This document shows, piece by piece, positions 37,032 to 47,370 of a DNA stretch of 64,000 nucleotides (the stretch's first letter is position 1; each line of letters begins with the position of its first letter). Source of the DNA: an uncultured bacterium. GTDB lineage: Bacteria; Babelota; Babeliae; Babelales; Babelaceae. Below the pieces are notes generated by a model that saw nothing but the letters and a program-made list of their open reading frames with translations, was not told the origin of the DNA and ran no database searches. The stretch spans positions 96,001 to 160,000 of the forward strand of contig CAWGPQ010000008.1 in assembly GCA_963824495.1 (NCBI GenBank). The letters are read 5' to 3'. Both the position numbers and the translations under genes were made by a program.

Positions 37032-38867
37032 GTGAGTGATACGCATTGGCCAATAACACTTATACATAAAGCACTTACTCAAGAACACGATTGGCTTAAT
37101 ACACAAAGACCTTTGACTGCAGAAGATTTAGCTGGTCGTATGATTTTAATTGATTTTTGGACCTTTTGCTGCATTAACTGTATTCATGTTATACCCGATC
37201 TTCAGTATCTTGAGCACAAGTTTGGCAACAAGCTGACGGTTATCGGTGTTCATTCAGCAAAATTCCGTAATGAGCAAGATCGTAATAACATTCGTGCTGC
37301 TATTATTCGATACGGTATAGAGCACCCTGTAGTTAACGATAAAGATTTTGTTATATGGCAAAGCTTTAGTGTTCATGCCTGGCCAACATTTGTATTGATT
37401 ACTCCGGCGGGAAGAGTTGACACCATTTATTCAGGTGAAGGTCACAGAAAAGCTCTCGAATTTGCTATCGATCGGCTTATAAAAGAATATACCACTACAA
37501 TTCAAACGGCACCCTTGCCAATAGCACTTGAGAAAGATAAAGTCCCCGAAACGTTTCTTCGCTTTCCGGGCAAACTCGAATTTGTACAAGATTTTCAAGG
37601 GTCACCAGCGTTATTTATTGCTGATAGTGGCAACAACCGTATACTTGGGGCTCGGTTATCAGGTGAAGTATTTCTCGAAATTGGCAACGGTACGCAAGGT
37701 AATCGCGATGGCTCTTTCACACAAGCTCAATTTAATACTCCACAAGGCCTTACCTATCATGATACTATACTGTATGTTGCCGATATGGGAAATAACAGTA
37801 TCAGAAGAATTGATCTTCTTGCCAACTTAGTCCAAACGCTTGACACTACCAGAGGCTTTTCGTCACCGTGGGATATTATACTCTATCCATCAGATAACGA
37901 GCTCACTATTGCTATGGCAGGCACACACCAGTTATGGGTCTATGATCTTACGACACAGCTACCTCGCGTCATTGCCGGTAACGGTCGAGAATCGATTGAC
38001 GATGGAGCATATCCATTTAATACCCTTGCTCAACCCAGCGGTCTCAGCGTTGATCGTAATAAGCTTTACTTTGTTGATGCAGAAACCAGTTCATTGCGCG
38101 TATTTTTTAACGGCATTGTAAGCACGCTTATTGGCACTGGTTTATTTGATTTTGGTTATGCCGAGGGCAAGCGGGGTGTTGGCCTCTTGCAGCATCCCCT
38201 GGGCTTGGATGCCGATCACGAAAGCCCTACTATCTATATTGCCGATTCATATAATCATGCAATTCGACGATTTGACCGTGTTACACAAGAACTCAAAAAT
38301 TACAGTGGTACAGGACAACCAGGTAGTGTACTTGGTACCCTTGAACAAACGCAGTATAACGAACCTAACGATATCGTTATAGGCCAAGGGCTTTTTTATA
38401 TAGCAGACACCAATAATCACCGTATTCTCATACTTGACCCCGTCAAGCGTATGGTTTCTTTGTTTAACATTATGCCCAAAAAACCTGCACCTCTGTGCGT
38501 TGAGCCTGAGTTATTACCCAACCTAAAAAAAAGCAGCCCTATCGAGGTAGCTTCTGGCAAACCTATTACCGTATATATTGGCACATCAGCAATAGAAATA
38601 AACAGAGAGGGGCCAAGCTCACTTGCTCTCTTTGACGCATCCAATTATCCTCAACAAATGGCAAACCTTATACGTGAATATACACGCGCAGATATACTCA
38701 AGAAAAAAATTATACTGCCTGCACTTGAGCCAACAAAACAGTATCTGCTACAGGGAACAATCTATTATTGCACTGAACAAGAAAAAGGTGAATGTTTACT
38801 TATAAGCTATAACCAGGAACTTATTGCTCGCAGTTCAAGCTCAGAAACTGAGCTACATCTCCCCTAA
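37032..38867 (+). CDS. Thioredoxin-like plus NHL-repeat protein (NHLRC2/SOQ1-like)
   Basis: DFWTFCCINC, GVHSAKF, repeated IADxxNxxI NHL blades. Confidence 0.92.
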   Translation: MSDTHWPITLIHKALTQEHDWLNTQRPLTAEDLAGRMILIDFWTFCCINCIHVIPDLQYLEHKFGNKLTVIGVHSAKFRNEQDRNNIRAAIIRYGIEHPVVNDKDFVIWQSFSVHAWPTFVLITPAGRVDTIYSGEGHRKALEFAIDRLIKEYTTTIQTAPLPIALEKDKVPETFLRFPGKLEFVQDFQGSPALFIADSGNNRILGARLSGEVFLEIGNGTQGNRDGSFTQAQFNTPQGLTYHDTILYVADMGNNSIRRIDLLANLVQTLDTTRGFSSPWDIILYPSDNELTIAMAGTHQLWVYDLTTQLPRVIAGNGRESIDDGAYPFNTLAQPSGLSVDRNKLYFVDAETSSLRVFFNGIVSTLIGTGLFDFGYAEGKRGVGLLQHPLGLDADHESPTIYIADSYNHAIRRFDRVTQELKNYSGTGQPGSVLGTLEQTQYNEPNDIVIGQGLFYIADTNNHRILILDPVKRMVSLFNIMPKKPAPLCVEPELLPNLKKSSPIEVASGKPITVYIGTSAIEINREGPSSLALFDASNYPQQMANLIREYTRADILKKKIILPALEPTKQYLLQGTIYYCTEQEKGECLLISYNQELIARSSSSETELHLP

Positions 38868-38933
38868 AGCTTTTTAATCTTTAGCTATACAGGGCTTGCG
38901 TGCACATTCGAAAATTGGGAAAATTACTATTGA

Positions 38934-38963
38934 AAGGCAGAGTTACTCTTGTAACTCTGCCTT
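38934..38963. terminator. Hairpin between convergent genes
   Basis: Perfect AAGGCAGAGTTAC/GTAACTCTGCCTT. Confidence 0.7.
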
Positions 38964-39008
38964 ACTTATATTCCTTATGTTCACAATAGTTATCTAGTCT
39001 ACTGTCTT

Positions 39009-39221
39009 TTAACCACGAGATAGTGCTGCTTGAGCCCTTTGATAATCTTCCTCTGGTGTCGTCTCTGCAATAGATTTCCCTGAGCCATCCCAATGATAGG
39101 CGTCATAATACCAATCGTCGTAATATCTAAATTTAGGAGCATCTCGGCAAAGACCACATGCTAAGACCGCAGAGGGAAGCATACCACTAAGAATAACGGT
39201 AATAATAAGGAGCTTCTTCAT
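39009..39221 (-). CDS. Small secreted protein with CxxC after the signal peptide
   Basis: RBS AGGAGG; MKKLLII...VLA-CGLC. Confidence 0.8.
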   Translation of the reverse strand: MKKLLIITVILSGMLPSAVLACGLCRDAPKFRYYDDWYYDAYHWDGSGKSIAETTPEEDYQRAQAALSRG

Positions 39222-39496
39222 GGTATCCTCCTATTTTTTGGTGGTACATATCTGGACAGCTTTATCTATGGATGTGTTAGATATAGAGTAGGGTGGCTAT
39301 CCCGGTTTATTCGTCCCGGGTACACCTAATGCATAGGACGAATACATAATAAATATATCATATATTATAAGCTAAAATAAAGAGTTTTTTTGATAATTAT
39401 TGAAAAATGTGCTTTTAATTTTCTATACTTTAAACTAACTACAGATTTTAATAGCCCATCTAGGCCTATGAGGGGCAACAAAAGGGTAAACCCGTA

Positions 39497-39910
39497 ATGC
39501 AAAACTATGCAGTCATGCTTATTATCAACCTTATTATCAGCACTCTTTTGAGCACAAGTAAGCTTGTAACCTGTCAGCTAACGCTCATTAATAACACAGG
39601 GAAAACCATTTTCATAGCACCACTTTCAAAAAATTTGAGTGACATAAGCAGTATACAAGAGGCTTTGAGCCTGGGAATTCTAGTTTATCCCTATCAGATA
39701 GGGGTTGTTGAATCAAGAGGCTTGCTCATACCTCAAGTATTTGTTGTGTATGAGCAAAACCCACGTACAGCTCATTTTAGAGCTTACCATATTATACGAG
39801 AACAATCATGTGCTTATAATCATCCCGTAACCTATCGTGAAATCGAAAATAACCGAGAGCTTCAAGTCGATGCAACAGGACGGGCGCGGTTGATAATCTA
39901 TCCTGTATAA
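39497..39910 (+). CDS. Secreted hypothetical protein
   Basis: Signal-like N-terminus, LINNTGKTI strand. Confidence 0.7.
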   Translation: MQNYAVMLIINLIISTLLSTSKLVTCQLTLINNTGKTIFIAPLSKNLSDISSIQEALSLGILVYPYQIGVVESRGLLIPQVFVVYEQNPRTAHFRAYHIIREQSCAYNHPVTYREIENNRELQVDATGRARLIIYPV

Positions 39911-40122
39911 AAATGCAGGCTAACCCTTGCTTTTTGCATAGTTAAAAGTTATTTACTCGCTTGGCTTGTTCACTTTTTTACTTATTATTTCCGCAACGCC
40001 CTTGCTAAGTACATATTAAAAAATTGGTTACCTATCTTTTTAGCTCAAATAATACTATAATGAACATGTTGCCATTCGTTTGAATTGCTTAAAATTCAGC
40101 TACATAAAAAAGGTTATACGGT

Positions 40123-40809
40123 ATGCAGCAAAAGCCCAACAGATTAATCATGACCCTGCTTATTTTACTTGGTCTTGTTTTTATAGCCTACTATGCCGGA
40201 CTTAAAAATTATCTTTCGCTTGAGACGCTTAAGACATATGGTGAATCACTGGGTATGTTTGTTCAAGCACATTATAGTCTAGCTGTTTTCTTATACATAG
40301 CTACCTACATACTTGCTATGACACTTTCGCTTCCTGTTGGTGTATGGCTTACATTGGCGGGTGGTTTCATATTCGGCGCACTACCGGCAACGCTCTATGT
40401 ACTTATAAGCTCTACAATAGGCGCAACACTTGCCTTCTTTACGGTTCGTTATATCTTGCGCCCATACTTAGAGCAAAAGTATGCGGCAAAGCTCAAAAAC
40501 TTCAACCAAGAACTTGAACGCTATGGTGCTTATTATCTTCTCATGGCCCACCAATTACCCATTATCCCTTTTTTTGTCATTAACATTTTAGGCGGTCTGT
40601 CTCCAATATCAGCATTAACCTTTATATGGACTACTGCCGTAGGCATTATCCCCCTAACGCTTATTTATGCTTATGCTGGACAAAAGTTAACAAGAATTAC
40701 ATCGGTAAAAGATATTTTGTCATGGCCTGTACTTCTCATGTGTGGAATAATTCTTGCAGTTGTCATACTTCCACTGATTATTAAGAAAAGACGCGAACGC
40801 CGCGCATAA
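40123..40809 (+). CDS. TVP38/TMEM64 (DedA-superfamily) membrane protein
   Basis: LTLAGGFIFG, STIGATLAF, PIIPFFVIN, YAYAG. Confidence 0.92.
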   Translation: MQQKPNRLIMTLLILLGLVFIAYYAGLKNYLSLETLKTYGESLGMFVQAHYSLAVFLYIATYILAMTLSLPVGVWLTLAGGFIFGALPATLYVLISSTIGATLAFFTVRYILRPYLEQKYAAKLKNFNQELERYGAYYLLMAHQLPIIPFFVINILGGLSPISALTFIWTTAVGIIPLTLIYAYAGQKLTRITSVKDILSWPVLLMCGIILAVVILPLIIKKRRERRA

Positions 40810-40937
40810 CAAACCCTGTATTTTCAGGTAGTTACTATAAATTTTAGCCATATTATTGCAATTTGAAAAAGATATAATATATAATGGTAATATATTTACT
40901 AAATTTTAAATAAAATAACACAGTAAAGAGGATTACC

Positions 40938-41066
40938 ATGAAAGGGAATATCGCGTATGCATTACTTGTGCTAGGACTCCTGATGGCCGCCTTATCGATT
41001 AATGTACTTACAAGAACCTATGAGCCTTTGAAAATTACCTCGAGGGTTAATCATGAAATTTATTAA
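40938..41066 (+). CDS. Small (42 aa) single-TM or secreted protein
   Basis: RBS GAGGA; MKGNIAYALLVLGLLMAALSINVLTRTYEPLKITSRVNHEIY*; overlaps the next start. Confidence 0.55.
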   Translation: MKGNIAYALLVLGLLMAALSINVLTRTYEPLKITSRVNHEIY

Positions 41067-41556
41067 TATATACCATACGATAAGCACGATAAGCACGATA
41101 AGTATGATAGTAGCCTTAGGGCTCTGTATACCTTGTGAAGCTGTAGAGTATGCTCGTACGGCTGGAATTAAGCCTGCCAGTGAAGCTAACCCCCGCATTC
41201 CAGCTCTACCTGAAGCTTATGATCGGCTTCGGACTATTATTACCACTACGGTAGATCTATACCTGGATCTTTTAGAAACCGTTGGCCTTTTGAGGCTTTC
41301 AAGGCCTCAAAATAAAGAATCTTTGCGTCAACAATTTATTCATGATCTAGAGAGTTTTATCATCACACATTACGATGCACTGACTATCCTGACGATTACA
41401 TTAGGCCAGCTCATTATGATTAAAATAATACTTGATTACCTACGCCCTCAAATTGCACCTCAAGTGCCACCTCCAGGAGCTGCACCACTCGCACCATTAC
41501 TTCAGCAAGCGATAATTCTACAACAACAACCAGCAGAACACAACCATGGTGATTGA
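41053..41556 (+). CDS. Hypothetical exported/membrane protein
   Basis: GAGGG upstream, signal peptide with a 9-nt x3 repeat (TISTISTIS), hairpin after the stop. Confidence 0.7.
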   Translation: MKFINIYHTISTISTISMIVALGLCIPCEAVEYARTAGIKPASEANPRIPALPEAYDRLRTIITTTVDLYLDLLETVGLLRLSRPQNKESLRQQFIHDLESFIITHYDALTILTITLGQLIMIKIILDYLRPQIAPQVPPPGAAPLAPLLQQAIILQQQPAEHNHGD

Positions 41557-41654
41557 ACCGCCCGATTTGGCGGCTGTTTACGGTATTTTTTGAAACTGCT
41601 TAGTATACTATACTCATAGCACATAACGATACAGAGAATAACTTAAGGGTAACC

Positions 41655-42374
41655 ATGCAACTGGGTAAAAAATTATTGTTATTAAGTGCATTAAGTGTAC
41701 TATATTCGTTACAAGCAATGTGGCCAGTAGACGAAGAACAAAAAGAACAAGAGGAGCAAGAAGAACAGCTTGAAGAACTATTACCAGAACTAAGCTACAT
41801 GCTGCAGCCAGACTACCTCGGTCAAGCAAGTACGGGAGTGACTCATAGTGTGACATCTACTCTCAGTTGCGCTTCTGATAAAAGCACGTTTATACAGTGG
41901 TTATACTCTATGTATAGCACCATAACTAAAGCCTGCGATACCGACAACTCTACGCTCTTGCACATGATTATTAGTAGAGTACCTTGTCAGGAACAAGCAA
42001 CATGTATACATATGGCATTATCCTATGGTGCTGATTTGAATGCCAAGGATGCCGCAGGTATTACACCCCTTATGCTTGCAGCAGATAAAAATACTACCCA
42101 AACCATGGCGGTGCTTTTGTCATTGGGCGCAAAGGTAAACGCTACGGATAACGATGGCTCTACGGTATTGCATAGAATTGCTCAACAAAAGCATCATGCA
42201 GAACGATTAACAGAGCAATTAAACCAATTATATCTCATTTTAGATTTCAAGGGCGATATTGATAGCCTTGATAACCGCAATAGAACGCCATTTCTTGTTG
42301 CTGCGGAAATAGAAAACGTGCCAATTATGCAAGCTCTCAACACCCATAGAGCCTATCTTAATCAACTACCTTAA
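41655..42374 (+). CDS. Secreted ankyrin-repeat protein
   Basis: Signal ...LQA-M, acidic tract, GITPLMLAA repeats. Confidence 0.88.
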   Translation: MQLGKKLLLLSALSVLYSLQAMWPVDEEQKEQEEQEEQLEELLPELSYMLQPDYLGQASTGVTHSVTSTLSCASDKSTFIQWLYSMYSTITKACDTDNSTLLHMIISRVPCQEQATCIHMALSYGADLNAKDAAGITPLMLAADKNTTQTMAVLLSLGAKVNATDNDGSTVLHRIAQQKHHAERLTEQLNQLYLILDFKGDIDSLDNRNRTPFLVAAEIENVPIMQALNTHRAYLNQLP

Positions 42375-42455
42375 TACAGAGCAGCTTCTGGTCAACTCCT
42401 GGCGAGCATGCTACACTTACGACACAGTAGATATACCAAACGTTTCTAAGTTGCT

Positions 42456-45182
42456 TTGTCTATGATTCCTCTTAAACTACAGCTCAAGAATTTTTTAAGC
42501 TATGGTCCCGTTATGCAAACGATTGATTTTACTCCCTATCATTTAATCTGCCTTGCAGGTAAAAATGGCCATGGCAAGTCAGCGCTCTTGGATGCGCTTA
42601 CATGGGCTGTGTGGGGACAAGCACGGAAAAGTGGCGCATCACCCAAGGCAGACGAGGGGCTATTACGGCTTGGCCAAACTCAAATGCTTGTATCGCTCGA
42701 TTTTAGCTGCAATGGTAATATGTACCGTGTTCGTCGCGATTACACTGTCAGTGCCGGCAAAGGTATCGCGCATGCTGACTTTGGCATATTAGATCCGTCT
42801 ACAGGAAATTTTAAAGCATTAACCGACAAGACCATTCGAACAACGCAAGAGAAAATTGATCAAGTTATTGGTCTTACCTATGATTCTTTTGTTAATTCAG
42901 TATTTTTGCGTCAAGGCAACTCTAATGAGTTTTCCAAAAAATCGCCCAAGGATCGTAAAGAAATACTAGCAACTATTCTAGGTCTTGATCACTATGAATC
43001 TCTCCGTAAACGCTCTCTCGATAGAGCACGTCAAGCGACGTTAGAACGAGAGAATCTTATTACCTTATACGAACGGCTAACAGCTCAATTGAATCAAGAA
43101 GGAACTAGCATTGAGCAACTTAAGGAAGTAAAGCACAAGCTAGCTCACATAACAGATCAAGAGAAATATATTCATGATCAAGTAGCCAGATACGAACAAG
43201 AAAGAAAGTTGCTTGGTGAACAGCAACAACAGTGTTCTATCCTTTCGATACAACAAGACCAGCTCACTCGTCAAATACACGAACATCGACAAGTACTTCG
43301 TGACAAAGTAGAGCAATGGCGATTTGTACTCAGACAACAGCGTATCTATACAGACTACGATAAATTAGGACATGAGAAGAAAGAGCTTGAGCGAGAACTT
43401 GTTCGTATTCAAGAGCAAACTACCCAACGGCTTGAGCTGAGAGAGCGCTATATCGTAGCAAAAGAGCAAGAACAACGCTGTGTACAGCATCAAGCAGTCA
43501 AACATAACCAGCTTATGCAGTCTCATGATCAACAATGCGCTACACGTGAAATCAATCTTCAAACTATACAGGCACAATTAGTTGAACACATCAACCATAA
43601 CTATGAACTTGAGCAAGAATATAGAGCTACTCAAGAACAGCATGAGACACAAGCAGCAAAGCTCAAGCATTATGCAACATATGATACAACCCTTAAAGAG
43701 CTTGAGAAAGAATTTGAACGTCGTAAAATGTTTTATCACAAGTTTATAACACGAGGCAATCACCTTAAAACTGAACTTAAAAATCTCGCGCATAAGAAGA
43801 AACTTGCCGGTGATGGTCAAAGGCCAAGTTGTCCCTTGTGTGAACAACATCTTTCACATGAACATAAACGATTGCTCGAAAGTAAATTTCATGAACAAGA
43901 ATCATTTTTTGTTCATCAACTCACCCGGTTGGGCTCAGTAATCAAAAAACTAAAATCACTGCTTATAGACCAGCATGAGCACATTAATCATATAAAAAAC
44001 AAGCGCGAAGAAAGAAATCGACTTGTTATTATGAGTGATGAGCTCGAAAAAAAGCTCGTAAGGCTGAGCACACTCATCGCGGAACATGAGATAAAAAAAT
44101 CAGCCCTTGAGCACTTAGTGAGCGAAGCTCAGGCAGCTCTTACACAAGCAACTCACATGCGAGATGAGCAGGTGCATGCGCATGAGCATTTTTTGGCTGA
44201 AAACATAGAATTACGCCAACTTCAAGAACAGGCTATGCAGTATGACATGCAATTAGCAACCCTCGTATATAACATGGAGCATCATACGAATATTACACAA
44301 CGACTTGCCAGCATTAGTCAACAGCTAACCGTAGCTTCTGAGATTGTACAACAAAGTATTTTGCAGCAACAACGCAAAAAAGAGATTCATGAACACTGCA
44401 ACATGCTTAAAAGCTTAAAGATTGTGCAAAAAAATCTTGAACGAGAACTGCTTATGTATAGCAATCTTGATCGTAAGCTCTATCTTATAGAGCAACAGCA
44501 GGTAGAGCTTGCACAACATCTTAAAACGCTTGTGAAAGAAAAAGAAGTGCTTGTACGAGAAACAGGATCCCTAGAACAACAAATTCGTATGTTTGAGCAG
44601 CATACTCAAGAAGCTCAGGATTACAGTAAACGTATGAGTGAACTTGAAATAATAGCAACTGAATATCAGGCTATCGCTCAAGCACTCGGCAAAGATGGCA
44701 TACAAGGGCTTTTGATTGAGGATGCTATACCAGAAATTGAGCAAGAAGCTAATGCTCTTCTGAGTAAATTAACTGATAACCAAGCTCATCTTATGATTGA
44801 ATCCCTGCGTGATCTTAAAAGCGGTGGCACTAAAGAAACGCTGGATATTAAGATTTCCGATGCGCTAGGCATACGGCCTTATGAGCTCTTCTCCGGCGGT
44901 GAAGCATTTCGCATAGATTTTGCACTGCGTATTGCTCTTTCTAAGCTTTTGGCGCGACGCGGAGGGACATCGTTACAAATGCTGATAATTGACGAGGGCT
45001 TTGGCTCACAAGATGAAGAAGGACTTTCGCATATTATGGATGCTCTTCATAAGATTCAAGATGATTTTGCTAAAATTATTATTGTTTCTCATTTGCAGAA
45101 CATGAAAGAGCAATTTCCTGTCCAATTACTCGTTCATAAAGGTCCTAATGGTAGTCTCGTGCGTATTGTCGAGCAGGGTTAA
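42456..45182 (+). CDS. sbcC: SbcC/Rad50-type SMC ATPase
   Basis: Walker A GKNGHGKS, coiled coil with CPLC zinc hook, FSGGE signature, IIDEGFGSQD. Confidence 0.92.
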   Translation: MSMIPLKLQLKNFLSYGPVMQTIDFTPYHLICLAGKNGHGKSALLDALTWAVWGQARKSGASPKADEGLLRLGQTQMLVSLDFSCNGNMYRVRRDYTVSAGKGIAHADFGILDPSTGNFKALTDKTIRTTQEKIDQVIGLTYDSFVNSVFLRQGNSNEFSKKSPKDRKEILATILGLDHYESLRKRSLDRARQATLERENLITLYERLTAQLNQEGTSIEQLKEVKHKLAHITDQEKYIHDQVARYEQERKLLGEQQQQCSILSIQQDQLTRQIHEHRQVLRDKVEQWRFVLRQQRIYTDYDKLGHEKKELERELVRIQEQTTQRLELRERYIVAKEQEQRCVQHQAVKHNQLMQSHDQQCATREINLQTIQAQLVEHINHNYELEQEYRATQEQHETQAAKLKHYATYDTTLKELEKEFERRKMFYHKFITRGNHLKTELKNLAHKKKLAGDGQRPSCPLCEQHLSHEHKRLLESKFHEQESFFVHQLTRLGSVIKKLKSLLIDQHEHINHIKNKREERNRLVIMSDELEKKLVRLSTLIAEHEIKKSALEHLVSEAQAALTQATHMRDEQVHAHEHFLAENIELRQLQEQAMQYDMQLATLVYNMEHHTNITQRLASISQQLTVASEIVQQSILQQQRKKEIHEHCNMLKSLKIVQKNLERELLMYSNLDRKLYLIEQQQVELAQHLKTLVKEKEVLVRETGSLEQQIRMFEQHTQEAQDYSKRMSELEIIATEYQAIAQALGKDGIQGLLIEDAIPEIEQEANALLSKLTDNQAHLMIESLRDLKSGGTKETLDIKISDALGIRPYELFSGGEAFRIDFALRIALSKLLARRGGTSLQMLIIDEGFGSQDEEGLSHIMDALHKIQDDFAKIIIVSHLQNMKEQFPVQLLVHKGPNGSLVRIVEQG

Positions 45183-45187
45183 TTAAG

Positions 45188-46261
45188 CTATCTGTATAGA
45201 TTAAACGACCGAACGGTTTTTTCATTTACCCCAATATCTTCTCGTAAAAACTTTAAGGCATCAAGCGCTGCTTTACTTCCATCACCCATAGCAACAATAG
45301 CCTGCCTATAATCTTGATCACATACGTCACCAGCTGCAAAAATACCACGAATTGATGTTTCCTGATGGTGGATAAGACGAATATAACCATCACTTGTAAG
45401 CTGCAGAAATCGTTTAAAAAGCTCAGCATTAGGGTTATGTCCTATAGCTAAGAATAGACCCTGAACAGGAAATAACGATTGCTCTTTCGTTTGTGTGTCT
45501 TCTAACCACACGTGTGTAATCTCCTGACCATTACCACATATTTCTATAATGTGCTTATTATAAACAATTGAAATATTATCGTAGGTGGTAAGGCGTGCAC
45601 GAACGTGAGGAGCTGCACGCATGTGATGTGATCGTACAAAAAGTGTGACGGTTCGTGCGTAAGCAGCCAAAAGCTCAGCTTGCTCTATGGCAGAATCGCC
45701 ACCCCCGACAATGGCCACATCGGCATCTCGATAGAGAGGCGCATCGCATACAGCACAGGTAGAAACACCACGACCAAAATAGGTTTTTTCGCCGGAAACA
45801 CCAAGCAATCGAGCTGAAGCACCTGTCGCAATAATTACCGTTAAAGCATTAAGTTTTAAGCCCTGCTCAGTAATTATTTTAAAGGGCCACTCAAAAAAGT
45901 CGACATCTGTCACGGTATCATAGAGCATACGTGCGCCAAATAACTCAGCTTGTATACGAAGTTTTTCAACAATATCATAGCCTGGCATAGCATCAACAGC
46001 AGGTATATTTTCTACTTTCGCCGAGCCCATAAGTTGACCACCAGGCTCAGATCCTGCAATTATCAATGCTGGCATATGCGCCCGCCCTGCATATAAAGCA
46101 GCTGCATAACCAGCTGGTCCAGCACCAATAATTGCTAAAGGAACCAGATTATCTTGCTGTACTGCTAATAATGGATCGTATACAGTAAAATTTTTAAGCT
46201 TAGTTGCGATAGATAAAGATAGTATTAAGCTCAGGCAAACAGGTATAATGGATTTTTTCAT
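45188..46261 (-). CDS. trxB: Thioredoxin-disulfide reductase with N-terminal hydrophobic extension
   Basis: GAGPAG, GVSTCAVCD, VGGGDSA, GIFAAGD; likely start MKKSIIP at 46261. Confidence 0.9.
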   Translation of the reverse strand: MKKSIIPVCLSLILSLSIATKLKNFTVYDPLLAVQQDNLVPLAIIGAGPAGYAAALYAGRAHMPALIIAGSEPGGQLMGSAKVENIPAVDAMPGYDIVEKLRIQAELFGARMLYDTVTDVDFFEWPFKIITEQGLKLNALTVIIATGASARLLGVSGEKTYFGRGVSTCAVCDAPLYRDADVAIVGGGDSAIEQAELLAAYARTVTLFVRSHHMRAAPHVRARLTTYDNISIVYNKHIIEICGNGQEITHVWLEDTQTKEQSLFPVQGLFLAIGHNPNAELFKRFLQLTSDGYIRLIHHQETSIRGIFAAGDVCDQDYRQAIVAMGDGSKAALDALKFLREDIGVNEKTVRSFNLYR

Positions 46262-46328
46262 ACTGGTATCTCTCTTATCAGGTAGACCGTTAATCTGCGA
46301 TAAAGATACCAAAGAAGTGAAAAAAAAG

Positions 46329-46366
46329 ATAAGCGCTCTTCTTAAAATATCAAGAAGAGCGCTTAT
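46329..46366 (-). terminator. Intrinsic terminator
   Basis: Perfect 15-bp ATAAGCGCTCTTCTT inverted repeat followed by a T run on minus. Confidence 0.85.
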
Positions 46367-46387
46367 AGAGCTTATAATCAGCAGTAG

Positions 46388-46939
46388 TTAACAGTTGTCG
46401 TATTCACTCATGGCATTGATGGCGCCAAAAAGCCCACTAAATAACTGAGGGGCCCAGTGCTGCTGTACCTGTCGAACAACCGGACGAACAACTGGCTGAA
46501 CAACAACGGTTGTTGAACGTTCTCGCGCAGCTGGACGAGGAACATACCTATAGGTTGTCGTCTCTAAAGCATAATCGTCTTCTTCGTAGTCTGAGCTATA
46601 ATCGTTGTAGTCTTCATACTGCGTATAATAGACTTTTGGTCTTGTGTAACGCTGTTTACGATACCCACGCTTAAAACAAACAACCTCGGGCCGACGCTTT
46701 TTCACACACATGACTTCTTCACGTTCTGGCTCAGACACACAAACCGGCTTACAAACGACAGGTTTGCATACCGGTTTGCATACCGGTTGGGGATGGGTAG
46801 AGCATTGTGTAGGGCATGATGCGCTAACGCCGAATGAAACATTCACTCCTGCATGTGCTATGCCGAAAGGCATTGTTGCGGAAAGCACCGATGTCATGAG
46901 GCTGAGAGTTAAAAATTTACGTCTCATGTTCATGTTCAT
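46388..46939 (-). CDS. Secreted low-complexity Cys/Pro/Val-rich protein
   Basis: RBS AGGAG before ATG 46939; RRKFL signal ending AHA; PVCK repeats. Confidence 0.75.
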   Translation of the reverse strand: MNMNMRRKFLTLSLMTSVLSATMPFGIAHAGVNVSFGVSASCPTQCSTHPQPVCKPVCKPVVCKPVCVSEPEREEVMCVKKRRPEVVCFKRGYRKQRYTRPKVYYTQYEDYNDYSSDYEEDDYALETTTYRYVPRPAARERSTTVVVQPVVRPVVRQVQQHWAPQLFSGLFGAINAMSEYDNC

Positions 46940-47010
46940 AGAGGGCTCCTCTTGTCTACTGGTTAAACTAACACATCTAAGTATTAGTTTATCAGACAAA
47001 TAGAGATAGT

Positions 47011-47370
47011 CTAGAGCACCCATTCAAGTCGGGCTTGCTCGGCAGTATCACTTGCACGACGCCCTAATGGTATTATACGAGTATAACCCCCAGGTCGCTG
47101 TACGTAGCGAGGTGCTATTTCTGTAAAAAGTTTAACCAATGCTTCTTCTTTATAGGGCAATAGTGCTTTAGCTCGACGACGTGCATTAAATGTATTCCCT
47201 TCACGTGCAAGCGTTACGAGCTTTTCTGCAAATTTACGAACCTCTTTTATACGTGGCTTCGTTGAAATAATAGTACCATGCATAATAAGCATAATAGCCT
47301 GGTTACGCATAACGGCACGTTTATGAGATGGACTCATATTAAGCTTTTTTTTACCGCTTTGATGTCTCAT
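47011..47370 (-). CDS. rplQ: 50S ribosomal protein L17
   Basis: MRH...RPGGYTRI. Confidence 0.97.
   Translation of the reverse strand: MRHQSGKKKLNMSPSHKRAVMRNQAIMLIMHGTIISTKPRIKEVRKFAEKLVTLAREGNTFNARRRAKALLPYKEEALVKLFTEIAPRYVQRPGGYTRIIPLGRRASDTAEQARLEWVL

Noticed and set aside
42456..45182. SMC ATPase as part of a defence system (Wadjet/Lamassu)
   Set aside because: The zinc hook and motifs fit ordinary SbcC and no partner genes are adjacent; sbcD may lie elsewhere.
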